64,000 bases of DNA from contig BDGG01000016.1 in the NCBI GenBank assembly GCA_001949185.1, forward strand, positions 372,001 to 436,000, written 5' to 3'. This document shows, one piece after another, positions 50,744 to 62,668 of this stretch. Made by a program: the position numbers and the translations under genes. Origin of the DNA: Ramazzottius varieornatus (lineage: Eukaryota; Animalia; Tardigrada). Within the stretch, counting starts at the first letter, position 1. Each line of letters opens with the position of its first letter. Under the pieces are notes generated by a model. It was not told the DNA's origin and made no database searches. It was given only the letters and a program-made list of their open reading frames with translations.

Positions 50744-53700
50744 ATGGACGATTTGTTGGAGACAGTTCCAGTTGAGCTGTCCGCATCGATACCTGAGCCT
50801 GTGATAGTGCCAGCCAGGAATAACATTCAGGTTGTCTTTACAACGAGTTCAACATCAGAGGAAGTTGGGCACGAGGATGAGACGGCACTGTTTGACGGCT
50901 TGTTACGGAGCGAAAATGATGGCTCGACCGAACCTGCTGTCGACAACGGTAAGAACTGTTGATGACTTACGTTTTAGCGATTTCAATGTTTGATTACGAA
51001 CTTTTCTGTACTTATAGTCAAGGCATGTGCAGAGCTCTATAGCTGTCTCGTTCGGGGAGTAGTCAGCGGAGAAATACCTCGAGATGTTGCCTTGCAGAAA
51101 GTCAGGGATTACCTGGTAAATACATGTTGTTTCCAAGATGTTTGTATGAAAGTATCGATCCAACGCATTTCATTCCGGTTCCTTTCGTAGCAACTCTACC
51201 CAAACCTCTCTGCTTTCCTCGTCGATGAGATCCAGATCGCTGAATATGCCACTGAGGTTTCGAACAAACAAGCAACTCAGAGACTATCCGACTTCGTCGC
51301 ACAGATTGTCGTAAGTTTAAAGTTTCCAACAACCCTTCAAGAACCATTCTTGTGACGTCATGGGTTACTATGTTGTAAGCGCTGCTGGATCAGCTTTTGT
51401 GCATATGGCATATGACGTCATAAGCGTAGTTTTGTTTAGCTGGGTTTATGCCGCTGGCTAAGGTTACGGATTTTTACTATATTTGTTTCACGGTTGCAGA
51501 CGCAGAACGTCGTTCCTTTGGCTGATGTTCGCGAAAGACTGGAGCAAGACATGTTAGCCACGGTCGGTCTATGTGAAAAAGGAGGCACATGGGATACCAG
51601 ATATGTCCGGACGAAAACTAAGTGGTTGTAAGTACTGGCTCGAAGTCGCTGGACCGCATCGTCTGTCAAAGGTTTCTTGTGATAATTCACAGTTTTGTTT
51701 TTCTTACAGTTTCAAGCTCCAGAAATTTAACCTCTACCGAGAAGAAGCCGAAGGTTTCACAGAGCTAATCAACGTCCTGGACCAAGCCGAAGTCGTTTCT
51801 CCCAGTCTTGTCACTGAAAAGATACTCGAACTAGCGGGTAAATCGCGATCTAAAATTTCTTCTGATCAAAGCTAGAAGTGGATTGCTTCCTCAGAAATTT
51901 TCATTGAAATCCACCAAAACAGTTACAGAGAGAATTTTCTGATGCTTTTTCCCTATCGAAATCTTTGAAATTTCTGATTATCTCATGGCGAGTTTGTTCT
52001 ACCAGGTGTTTATGATTTGGACGTCTACCGCATAATGGATACCATCCTGACAGCTGCCTGTCTTCAGCCCGAAGCCATGAGCCAGGTTCTTCTCAGTTTC
52101 CGCGAAGCCATCGAGTTCGAGACAACGACGCTGATTTCGCTGATGGGAGTGAAGCTGAAGCTCTACGGACAAGTACGCCCTCAACCTTCCTTCCTTCTCT
52201 ATAAACCATCTCATAGACATGTCCTGCTGGAGTCATCTCCGCGCGGAATGTGGCAGACTGGCTGACTGACGGAAGATACGCTCAGTTGATTGTTCTCCTC
52301 TTCCCCCTTGTAGAAAAGCGGCAAAGATTTCTTCAAAGTGCGCGGCCTGTGTGAAGTCGCCTGTCGGATGGTCCAAAGTGGCATCACTTCCTGGAGCGAC
52401 ATTGTCCCTCATGTGAATATCACCTCCTCACGCTTTCTCGCAGTCTTCACACTCCATGCAACACCCTTTCTCTTTCCACAAAGGTTCCGCTGACCAAAGA
52501 AGAGGCTGAAATCCAATGGAAGGAAATGTTCGAGAGAGCCACAGCCGAAGACCAGATTCTCCACACAAACAAACGTTCCGTCAAAGAACAATTCAATAAC
52601 ATGGACAAGATTGGCTTCGATGCCCTGATCGACTTCTTCGAGGTACAGTTCCCATCGTTTCCCGTAACCTTCTGGATGGACGAAAGAGGGAAGTGGCAGT
52701 GTGACGTGTGTCTTCGCTTCTGCAGGAGAACAAGAATCCCAGGATCGAGTTGGTGACGACCATGTTCCGCTTCGGCATGTACCACGACGCCATGCGTCTC
52801 ATTAGCGAGATGCCCGTCCACTATGCATCGACATTCGAACCACTGGCTTTGGAAATGGCCAAAGTTGTCCATCATGTCATCGATCCTCTGTACCGCAGGT
52901 AAGACTAAATTGGGCATGAATCGTAACAAAATAAAGAATATTCGGGACCTCGTCACGATCATTTTTCCAAGCGGCGCACGCCTGTTTCCAGTGACACTGA
53001 AAAATGCGTAACTTGAGAAAGCACCGTGGTTGAGTTTGCTTGCTGAGCTGAGTGATTTCCCATTCAATGACATGTTTCTTCCTTGCAGTATTGGCCTGGA
53101 TTCGCAGTTCATCCCGACCGAAGGGTCCAACTTCCCAGCCGTTATCAACGACCAGATTCCGCAGCAGATCACGAGTTTCGACGGGCTATGCGGCGACGTG
53201 GACGCTTGGTTAATGCTGCTAGGCAGTAACATCGCTTACGATCGGACCTTGATGACGAAGTGGCTACGCATAGCCCATGCCTTCGTCAAAGACACCGAGG
53301 TATGTACTCATGGTCCAATCCACTCTTCTTTCGATAACTGGATCTTCTTTGAGTGGCTAAACTCAATACTGTGAAGGCCAAGTATTTTTCTGGAGCAAAT
53401 TTTCCTCCCTAAAATTATTTGACGAAGGCATTTCCGGGAAATGAAAATTCAGATTATTGTAGTTCATCTTAGTCAAACTTTGATGTGTGTCTTACAGAGC
53501 GCGCTGGCTGGTCCTGATATGGCAGACATGGATCCTGAACGTGAAAAGGTGTACCGTGAAATCCTCCACATCGTCGAGCACTGCATCCTACCGGCACTGA
53601 CGCGCGGCGTCGGCTCATCTGCCCTGTCCGAACAAGTCTTCGTGCTGCTGAAGGCCATGCCTTACAACCTGCGGTTCGTCGTCCTGCGTCCACAGGAATT

Positions 53701-56700
53701 TCGGAGAAAGATTGAAGAGAAATCTGATGGGTTGCTTTGTTTGCAGGTTCGCGCTGTATCATAAAGTCAAGCTAGACTTCTACCCGCATGGCCATCCTAT
53801 GGGCATAATGGCCAAAGCGATCTCGCTGACCAATGTTAAATGGTTTCAAAGGTTCGTTCTACCTCTCAGTCTATTCTGTCCGTTCAAAAGAACAATTTTC
53901 TGGAATTTTGTCTCTCAAAATGTTGATTGTTCTGTTCATGATATTGCGTTTTAATAATTTTCTTATAGGCGAATCAACAAAGATAACCTGAAGCTGTGTG
54001 GAAGGTTGCTGTCCAAAGACATGTACAATAACGCTCTCATCATCTGTACATATGTAAGCCTACCGATGGATCGTATTTTCCATCCTAGAGAACTATTGTT
54101 TATGGTTCCGAGTTACTTTGCAGTTATCGGAGCGTATTGGGTCCATGGATAACTTTGGCCTTCTCGTTACGGATGCTATGAAGTCGATGGCTTCGGCGTT
54201 TTCTGCAGACGTCATGCTCTGTATGCAGAACGGGATCACTTATCGATATCAGTCATAGGTATTCCTGATGATACTGATGTATTGATCTCTCTAGATTCTA
54301 TGCTGGAGTACATGACTATGCCGGTCAATAATAACCACAAGCACGACGCCATGACCATCATGCCGTGGTACCGATGTAAGTTCCGCTCTTATGTTTTTAT
54401 ATCATAATCATTCTTGCTTTTTCGCTGATGATGGTACCATCAGATTGGGGTTTGATACTGTTCTATTGGTAGACGCTGCTGCCTTCATTTCCATATTTGC
54501 CAAAAAGCTCCCGGTGGAACTTGAAGCCATCATCGAATACGTCGTCGGCATGCTTAAAGCCGGCCAGACGTGAGTTACAGTATACAGTTAGTTGGATCAA
54601 GTATTTTAGACTAGTCAGAGTCTATCTACCATATCAACTCGCGCATATTCTGAATATTTTTCGTTCTCCGCGTCTGGTTGACGAATTGGTATGCTCCAGG
54701 GTGGACTTGCTGCTGTTGAAAGAGATGGTGCACAAGCTGTCAGGTATTGAGGTTTCCGAAGGTGTTACAGATGAGCAGTTGGAAGCCTTGGCCGGCGGTG
54801 AAGTTCTGAAGGCGGAAGGTGCCTACTTCAGTCCCATGCGCAACACCAAGCGTTCCAGTGTTCGACTGAAAGACGCCTTGCTCAAGTCCGGACAAGCTCT
54901 GCCTCTGTGTCTGCTGATCTCGCACAATGAAGCCGAGATTCTGTATCGGGAAAACCAGGGGAAGAACCTGAAACTTGTTGGTCTCCTCTACGACATGGTA
55001 AGTAGCCTTTGTAGAAATGACAACATCGAAGAAAATTGGAAGATCGACAGACAACTCGGTAGGATTATTTGTCGAAGTGGCGCACGTTCACAGTCTAATT
55101 GACTGAAAGCATGCGCCACTTGAAAAATCGATCTTGCCCAGTTTGTTTGCCTGGATCCTAAAGTAGTTTTTATTGTTAATTCTTACAGAATTTTCTTTGC
55201 AGTGTCATGATACCTTAGTACAGTACGGAACCTTTCTGGCCACGAACCTGACCAAGAAGGAATACGCCGACAACTTTCCGTCCTTGGCAGTACTCATTCA
55301 CACCTACAAGATGCCTTTCGAATGCTCCATTTTTCTCCTGCGTTCCGTCTACTGGAATGAAATATCGGTACGGACATATCCCGTAACCTGACAGTGGTTC
55401 CACAATGAATTTCATGTTTTCCTTTACAGTCGAAAATAGAAGATTTCAAAGCTCAGCAGAATATTCCTGCCGGTCCGCTGAACGACGAGCATTTCAAGGT
55501 AGTCCAGGAGACCTTCAGTCGGATCTTCGACAGTGTCATCACATCAGTCGTCGACTTGATTACACCGGTTATGACTCAAGCGCCCATGGAAGACATCAGG
55601 TAAGGACTGGCTGAATTCACCTGTTGCTGTCACCGAAAGTTTTGCATTGTTGTTTGTAAATCGTAGTTTACGATTCTATGTATTATACTGGTTCCTCTCG
55701 CTGTACGACTTGTACGTGCCGAAGGATGTCTACGGACAAGAAATCGAGAAGCTGCAGGAAATTGTCGATCAACCTGACATTCATGGCGACGATCACATCC
55801 AGGTATTGTAACAGTTTCCCGGATCACGTGGCGAACTCTGTCTGCTGTATTAATGGTTTGATGCGCGAAGTGATCGGAGTTGTCAGAGTTGTCTGTCTGG
55901 CCGATAAGTTAAAGTCTGTGTTCAACGTGCGTTTACAGACCGTGTACAAGAAAAAGAAGGAGAAGGAGCGAGCGCAGATCATCATTACCCGACTACGGGA
56001 AGAGATGAGTATACAGCAGCAGCATGTCCAGATGCTGCATAATCACTTGTCGGATGAAAAGGACCGCTGGTTCCAGGGATCAACACGTAAGCGCGTTATT
56101 ACTTTCAGCGTTCTGCAATAGCGAACCGCGCCATATTCATTTTTTTGGTAGGCCCGAGCAAGAACGACGTGGTGTCGCAGTTCCTGCAGATGTGCGTCCT
56201 ACCTCGCTGCACTTTCTCTACCATTGATGCACTGTACAGCGCCCATTTCATCTCGACGCTTCACGGCTTGAGAACCCTCAATTTTTCCACTCTTCTCTGC
56301 TACGATCGAGTAAGGCTAGTTCACTGAATCGTTGAGCGAAGGTGCAAAGAAATACTCTTTCAAATTTTGGAGTAAAATGTTTTCGAAAGAAATGCTAACG
56401 TAGAATTTCTTCGAACAGAACGACACAATATACTGTCGGCAGTTCTTTTCTAGTTCGAGCGCTTGTCTGACACTTTGTTTTGTAATTTTTTAGATGTTGT
56501 GTGATATCACTTCGGCTCTGACATCGTGTTCGGAGAACGAAGCTAGTCGTTATGGTCGCCTTCTTCACACCATCTTGAAGACCATCATGAAATGGCACGG
56601 CAGTAAAGCTATCTTCGATGCCGTAAGTTCTAAAGTACAACCGGAAACTGGGTGCTGTCTGTGGTCTTTACAGGAATCTTTGGTCTTTACAGGAATGCGA

Positions 56701-59558
56701 GAACCATCCAGGTTTCAACACCAAGTTCAAGACGCCGGCCGTCCAGACAGCGGGTGTCAACCCCAACCACATGGACTACGAGAACTTCCGCCATGTCTGC
56801 CACAAGTGGCACTATAAACTGACCAAGTCCATGTGCGCCTGTCTCGAGTCGGAGAGCTACGTCCGTATCCGCAATGGCCTGATCGTCCTGGACAAGGTAC
56901 GTATCCTACCATCTCACCTTTTCCACAAGCTGGAGCTCGGCAAACAAACTCGACGACATTATCTTCCATGGGGCGCACAGTTTCAGTGTTTAGCTGAAAG
57001 TGTGCGCCACTTTGGAAAACTGATCGTGTCAAGTTTGATTGTTTTCGCAAGTGGCGCACACTCACAGTGTTCTTGGCTAAAGGCGTGCACCGCTTGGAAA
57101 GATGATCCTGTTGAGCTTGTTAGCCGCGCTTTTATTTGAGTAAAATGAGGGAAATGAGTGAAATGATGGGCCTGATGGAGATAAACTGTCCTGTTACAGA
57201 TTCTGCCATACTACCCCATCGTCACCAACTTCTTTAGAGCCATTGAGATGCGAGTGCAGACTTTGATGATCGGCGAGAAGGAGAAACGCCCCGACTTGTA
57301 CTCCTTAGCCTTCGGGTAAGATTTCCGTTTAGTGAGAGCTTTCTTTGGATAGTTTTGAGAAAGTTTGTAAATCGTCATTAGACAGTTTCTGATAACTTCA
57401 GAAATTATTCAGATTTTGATGGAACGTCACGCTGTGAAATTTGCACTAGTTATGTTTACATTGCAGTTACATGGGTCGATTAAGAGCGCAGAAGGCGCTG
57501 CAGATTCTCGAGTCTGTATTCCACAGCAAGGACGCCAAGGTAGGAAACAACCTTGTTCTGGCGTTGATTTTTATGAAATCTTGCTCGATGGTTCAGCTCT
57601 TGACCATCATGTCTGGTCTTGTAGGCAAATGTGAAGGACGAGAACGGTGTGAATGGTGAGGATAAGGTTGACGGAACGGCGAGTCCGACGAAAGACTCGA
57701 AGACGGAAGTTCTTTCCCCGATGAAGGCAGAAGTTAAGACGGAAGCAGCAGCATCAAGTTCAGACCTTACAAAGCTCGTGAACAACCCAGATGTCACGGA
57801 GAACAGGGACTCGAAGAAGAGATTGGCACCCATAGTTCCCGCTGACAATTTCAAGAAGGTCCGATCGACATATTGCCAATTTTTTTAAAATATAGTACGG
57901 TAGAATATCGTAGCTTCCTTTTTCAGGACGCCAATTCGGCCAAACCTGAAAGGGCTACGCCCGTCGAGAATGGCCCTATGAAACCGGAAGTAGCTGTCGA
58001 AGATAGTACAAGGAGCAAGCCCACGAAGAACGGAAGCGAGTCGACATCTTTCAAGTTGCCCAACGGCGAAGCGACCTCCGCAGTCTCTCTGGCAAAGAAA
58101 CGCGAACGTATCAGTCCGCCGCGCAGTGCCGGAAAGGACACTAAAGCCAAGACGAAGAAAGAAGAGAACGGAAATGTGATTACAAAGTCCGAGTTCTCTT
58201 CGAACAGTGATCGAAAGGCCACGTCGTTCGAACAAGGAAGCAAGGCAGAAGCTGGTCGAACCGTTAATGGCAGCCATACTCCGGTGGAGGAGCCTCGTGA
58301 GAAGCCAGAAGCGGATGCGAACCGCACAAAACGGCAGCGTGTGTCGTCCACCGTCTCCATCGTACCTTCCTCCCCCAAAAGCAGTGCCGATAAAGGTACG
58401 GTCAATCATTGAAATCTAAGGAAACTAGAACTCGGTAAATAAGATTTTTCTGAGACAATAAAGGGATTTATTGGGACGCTCGGCAAACAACCTCGACATG
58501 ATCGTTTTTTCAAGTGGCGCAAACTATCAGTTAATAAAACCGTTAACGTGCGCCACTTGAGAGAATCCGGCAAGTTTATTGGTCGAGCTCCCATGTGAAG
58601 GTCATGAAATGCAAGACGAATTTCCATAAAAATCAGAAAATGAAGTAGCAGGTCTTCAATTTGAGTTTCGGTGATTACAGCTGACAAGGAGGACCGGAAG
58701 CCCATCAAAGTAGAAAGTAAGCATGAAGACCCACGACGCAGTGACGTCTCGACCCTGTTCGAACCCGATCCAACTTCGAAAGAGGCGGCCGTTAAGAGAG
58801 AACGTCGAGGTTCAACCAGGTTTCAAGACGCACCGACCAAGCCTGCCGACGAAGAACGAACCTCGTCATCGTCCGTCCCCTCCACCGTCCTCGTCGTCGA
58901 CAGGAAGAACCAGAACGTTCCCGCTACCCGTAAAGTCCAGTCGGAAGTCGAAGCCAACGGATCACTGCACACCCGAGACCGCGACAACCGAAGGAAAGAA
59001 ACAGGTAGCAGCACCAGCGTGAACAGTAAGGAAAAGGTTAGCAGCAGTAATAAAGAAACGACTAAGGTGGCGTCGAAAGTCGTGGCTGTTAGTGATAAAA
59101 AGAGCTCGCCTTCGGTGACCAGCAGACGCTCACCCCGATCAGAACGCGCAAAAGAGAAAAATGTCAGAGAAAATAGCAAAGCCGAAAGAAGTGAAAAGAA
59201 TTACGAGATCGTTGAGTTCGTTGATGCTGAAAAGTCCGGTAGGAGCTCCGAAAATGACGCTGCAAAGCATGGAAGAAGTGTGGAGAGGAAGGAGTGGTCG
59301 AAGTCGGGAAAGACCGAGCCGGTGTCTTCGTCAAGAAAGACCACGATGACTGCGCCGACTTCGGCGGGCGAACGAAGTGATAGTAAGAAGGACCATCGAA
59401 GTCGACCGTCGTCGGCCAAGAATTCACCCAGCGCGACGAGGGAGTCGTCGAGAGAGAGGAGTGATCGAAGGAGCAGTCCCGAGAGGGCGCCGAAGAGAAG
59501 AAGGGAGGTGGATTCGATAGAGCGAGGGCGACCCCACCGAAAATCTTCGGCTTACTAA
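50744..59558 (+). CDS. THOC2: THO complex subunit 2
   Basis: FKLQKFNLYREEAEGFTELIN, DLLLLKEMVHKLSGIE..QLEALAGGEVLKAEG, FLQMCVLPRCTFSTIDALYSAHF, SCSENEASRYGR, DYENFRHVCHKWHYKLTK, YVRIRNGLIVLDKILPYYP, EKEKRPDLY; long Lys/Arg/Ser-rich tail. More than 25 exons. Confidence 0.95.
52938..53050. mobile_element. Family A copy (THOC2 intron)
   Basis: CAAGCGGCGCAC-N24-ATGCGTAACTTG. Confidence 0.75.
55034..55162. mobile_element. Family A copy (THOC2 intron)
   Basis: GAAGTGGCGCAC-N25-ATGCGCCACTTG. Confidence 0.88.
56930..57135. mobile_element. Family A tandem dimer (THOC2 intron)
   Basis: Two cores 81 bp apart (N23, N25). Confidence 0.85.
58469..58594. mobile_element. Family A copy (THOC2 intron)
   Basis: TATTGGGACGCTCGGCAAAC..CAAGTGGCGCAA-N25-GTGCGCCACTTGAG..CGAGCTCCCA. 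Confidence 0.9.
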
Positions 59559-59834
59559 CTTAAACTGTTTTTCTGATGGATTTGTTTTTACTCGTACCTT
59601 CTTTTGTTATATTTCGCACTTTGAAAAATTTAAGGAAAGACGGTAGACCGTCATGACTGTATTAGCAAGCAGCATTTGTAGTAAGATTTTACCTTCTGTT
59701 GTCAAGCATTACACCCAGAGATACCCGCGCACTTCTTTTTTGGTCTTAACAAACTTTTGGACGAATCGAGGTTTGCAGATAGTAAAAGATTGTCCTGTCA
59801 ACCGTTATGGTTCGGATTCCATTCTGGAATTATA

Positions 59835-60619
59835 CATAGGGGGTTCAACAATTTTTCAAGCTGTGTTCACCAGAAATTTTGTAGTCGTTCGATCTATGCA
59901 GCTTTTTTGCTTGAGTATAGAGTAACTTCTGGGCAACACGACACAATTAGAGTCTAAGCTGGGAAGTCATTCGTTGAAAAAATTTTGTAAAGTGAATGAA
60001 GGGAGGTTTTTTCAGGGCTCCACGTTCTAGGCGAAGTTATGTAGTTTCTTCCCCATTGTACGTTTGAGTTCGACTTCAGCTCTGGATGAAAGAGGGATGT
60101 CTATTGACTAGTTTAAGCAGAGGGAAGTCAAGCCTGACTGCTGTCAAGGCTCGAGAAAAAATTTCATTTGTGCGCCAAGCGAAAGTGCGCAAGTGAAACG
60201 GGGAAATTCCACCTGGTGCGCTGCCAGATCACCAGCTGGATTTTGAGAACTTTTCTGTTTCCTCCACCGTGTTTCTACTTCTGATACAAGTAGGCTTTCC
60301 CTCTGTATTCCCTTCACACTCTAGTTGCTTTTTGTCGAACCGCTAAAAATTCATCTATCGCAAATATTCGAAAAACTGCTTTTCCACGATCGGCGCGGAT
60401 AACGCGAGAATAACATAACGAAATGCGCGAGTTTGCGAGGAAAATCGAAAAACGATTTTTCGCATCTTTTGAAAAAATTGTTTCTCCTCCTGTTCGAGTA
60501 CCAGGTACCTCATCTTTTGAGGATAGTGATTAGAAAAGATGTTCCATCTTTCAAAAGGGTGCTCTGCAAAATAGCACTTTCAGGTGGACTGTGCCTTAAA
60601 ACTTATTGAACCCCCTATG
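59835..60619. mobile_element. Non-autonomous TIR element (~785 bp), Tc1/mariner-like ends
   Basis: Left end CATAGGGGGTTCAACAATTTTTCAAGCTGTGTTCACCAGAAA versus reverse complement of right end CATAGGGGGTTCAATAAGTTTTAAGGCACAGTCCACCTGAAA. TA at the termini. No transposase ORF. Confidence 0.7.
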
Positions 60620-61456
60620 TTGCTTTTCATCTTAACAGAGAACTTTGAGCTTTAGGGAACATGTAAGCAGTATTAAAACTGCCGCTTTAGCTGTCAAGCG
60701 ATATTCGACTTCTGGCAAGCTATCTCCTCACTCGTACCTATGTATCTCGAGCCACGTAACCCAAGTAACCCCCATCTTCCAACCGATAAAAGGGTAAATT
60801 AATAGTGGCACACATTGTTACGGTACAAGCTGTTTGGTTTCAAAGTTCTCGTGTGGTCACACACCGCATGTTGTCCCGGAACCTTTGGACATTGGAAACA
60901 CGCAGAATGACGCCAATGATGTAGTTCCGTAAACAACAACTGTTGTCGAGGTTCAGAGTTCTCCGGTTCAGCGAGTGGGAAGACGAGACAGTTACGTGAA
61001 AGCTCGTAAGGTTTCTCACGATCATCTTCGAGACGATCGGTTACTGCAGAGCCTCAGTATTTTGCGGGACCTCAATAATGGCTCACATCTGAACGGTCCA
61101 GCCTGGTACACCCTTGCTTCATAATTTGGACAGCGCGCTCAGCGCCAGATAAAATGACTATTGACACCAAAAGTTCAACTGCGGGGTCGCTTTATTCCGC
61201 TGCAAGTACAGCAACGAATAATACGAGTTCACCAAGTGCGACAAAACTCGAATCATGTGGTAAAATAGCGAATGAAAGGGAGCTCATAATGAATCTATCA
61301 GAAATTTCACCCACCTCTGGCCTTATGTACAATATCGCAATATACAACATATGGAAAAAAGATGCCAAATACCGGAGTGAAAATTCTAAAATATACTAAA
61401 ACCAAAGAGCCAACTATCCATCCGTAGATACTTCATCTTCGCCACGTTGGACACGC

Positions 61457-62408
61457 TCACACGCAGTTCCACTCGCCGTCCGAATCCCACTCCTCAGGAT
61501 TAGGCACCACCTCGAACTATAAAATGTAACATCCGTTAGCCAGCATTGCACATTTGACACTAACACTTGAACAAGGATACAACTTTACTTACAGCGTCGA
61601 TATCGCTGTTCAGCTCGCACAAGGCGGCTTCCAGTTCTTCCTTGTCGAAGACCACTAGCGAGTTGTGGTCTGTGCTGGGCGTGATGATGGTGAACTCTTC
61701 GCTGAGTGCGGACTCTGGACGAAGAGGCAAGTCCCACAAAGCGTTCAACAGCTGCGCTCGAACACTTTCGGTATTCTCCATCATGATCCCCTCGTCCTTC
61801 TCCAACGATCCGCAGACCGTCTTGCTCATTTCATCGTCTCCTTCTTCTTCTTGCTCCTCGTCATTATCTTCGGCAGAGTCGTTCTTGACAACTTCATATA
61901 CCTACAATCGTCAAACAGACAATGAGATACCAACTTGAAAATGTTTAGCGGGTCGAGTAAAATTCAATATTACGGCAGGCCGCACCCTGTAGAATCCTGG
62001 TCATATGCAACGGTCACTGTATCAGTTTCGCCGCTATGGCCTGCCAAATTTCAGATGTTTCATCGTGATTTTCATTTACCTGTTGTTCGACTTCCTTCGG
62101 CAGAGTTTCGTTGTGTTCGAACATCTTGGAGCTGCACATGCTATTTTCGACCGACCAGATGGCTCCTTCGAGATTTTTGCGGACCTTGTCTACCAGTTCA
62201 GCCAAAGTCGGGTCCTTGGGCAAGAATGGACTTTGAGCTACTGGCTGGGCGGCGTTCTCATGTTGGAATTTTAGAACGGAGGCTCGCAGCTGCACCGAAG
62301 GCGCTGGCTGCGGACGCCTATCTCCACCTTCCGGAACTCGGCGAACAAGCTCGTCCGATCGAAACTTGTTGATGGCAGGTCGGCTGGGTTCTGCACGTCC
62401 GCCAAACT
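61457..62408 (-). CDS. Uncharacterised acidic protein with several LIR-like motifs (5' end uncertain)
   Basis: Exons ~62408-62080, a short middle exon, ~61902-61593, and 61516-61457 (FEVVPNPEEWDSDGEWNCV*). The last junction was checked to be phase 0. Confidence 0.6.
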
Positions 62409-62549
62409 GCAACAAAAAAGACACTGGTTCACCGGAAGCTTTTCGAGGTTACGAACAGCAAAAACGTCAATCAGCCATACCCTGGCTGCCAATCAACCCA
62501 TTACACTCGAAAATAGCTGACGGTCAGCCAGAAACGCAGCCAAAGGTGA

Positions 62550-62615
62550 ATGGAATCTCGGCATACGAATTCAAGATTTTTGGGGGATGAAAACTTGCGC
62601 CACTTGGAAAAATGT
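62550..62615. mobile_element. Family A half copy
   Basis: Outer left arm TGGAATCTCGGCA and right core ATGAAAACTTGCGCCACTTGGAAAA; left core deleted. Confidence 0.5.
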
Positions 62616-62668
62616 TAACGGTCTTGTAAAGGTAAACAAAATCTGACCGATGGCGAAATTCCTCAGGC

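Noticed and set aside
1051-58594. CRISPR-like reading of family A (conserved repeat plus fixed-length variable spacer)
   Set aside because: The repeats are inverted and dispersed rather than arrayed, the loops share a common consensus, there are no cas genes, and the context is eukaryotic.
3579-58680. Family A as introner elements that create introns
   Set aside because: The GT and AG sites lie outside the element ends, and copies also occur intergenically.
57885-59427. Long antisense ORFs over THOC2 (similarly 40127-40690, 52447-53232)
   Set aside because: They are shadows of sense coding sequence with no independent motifs.
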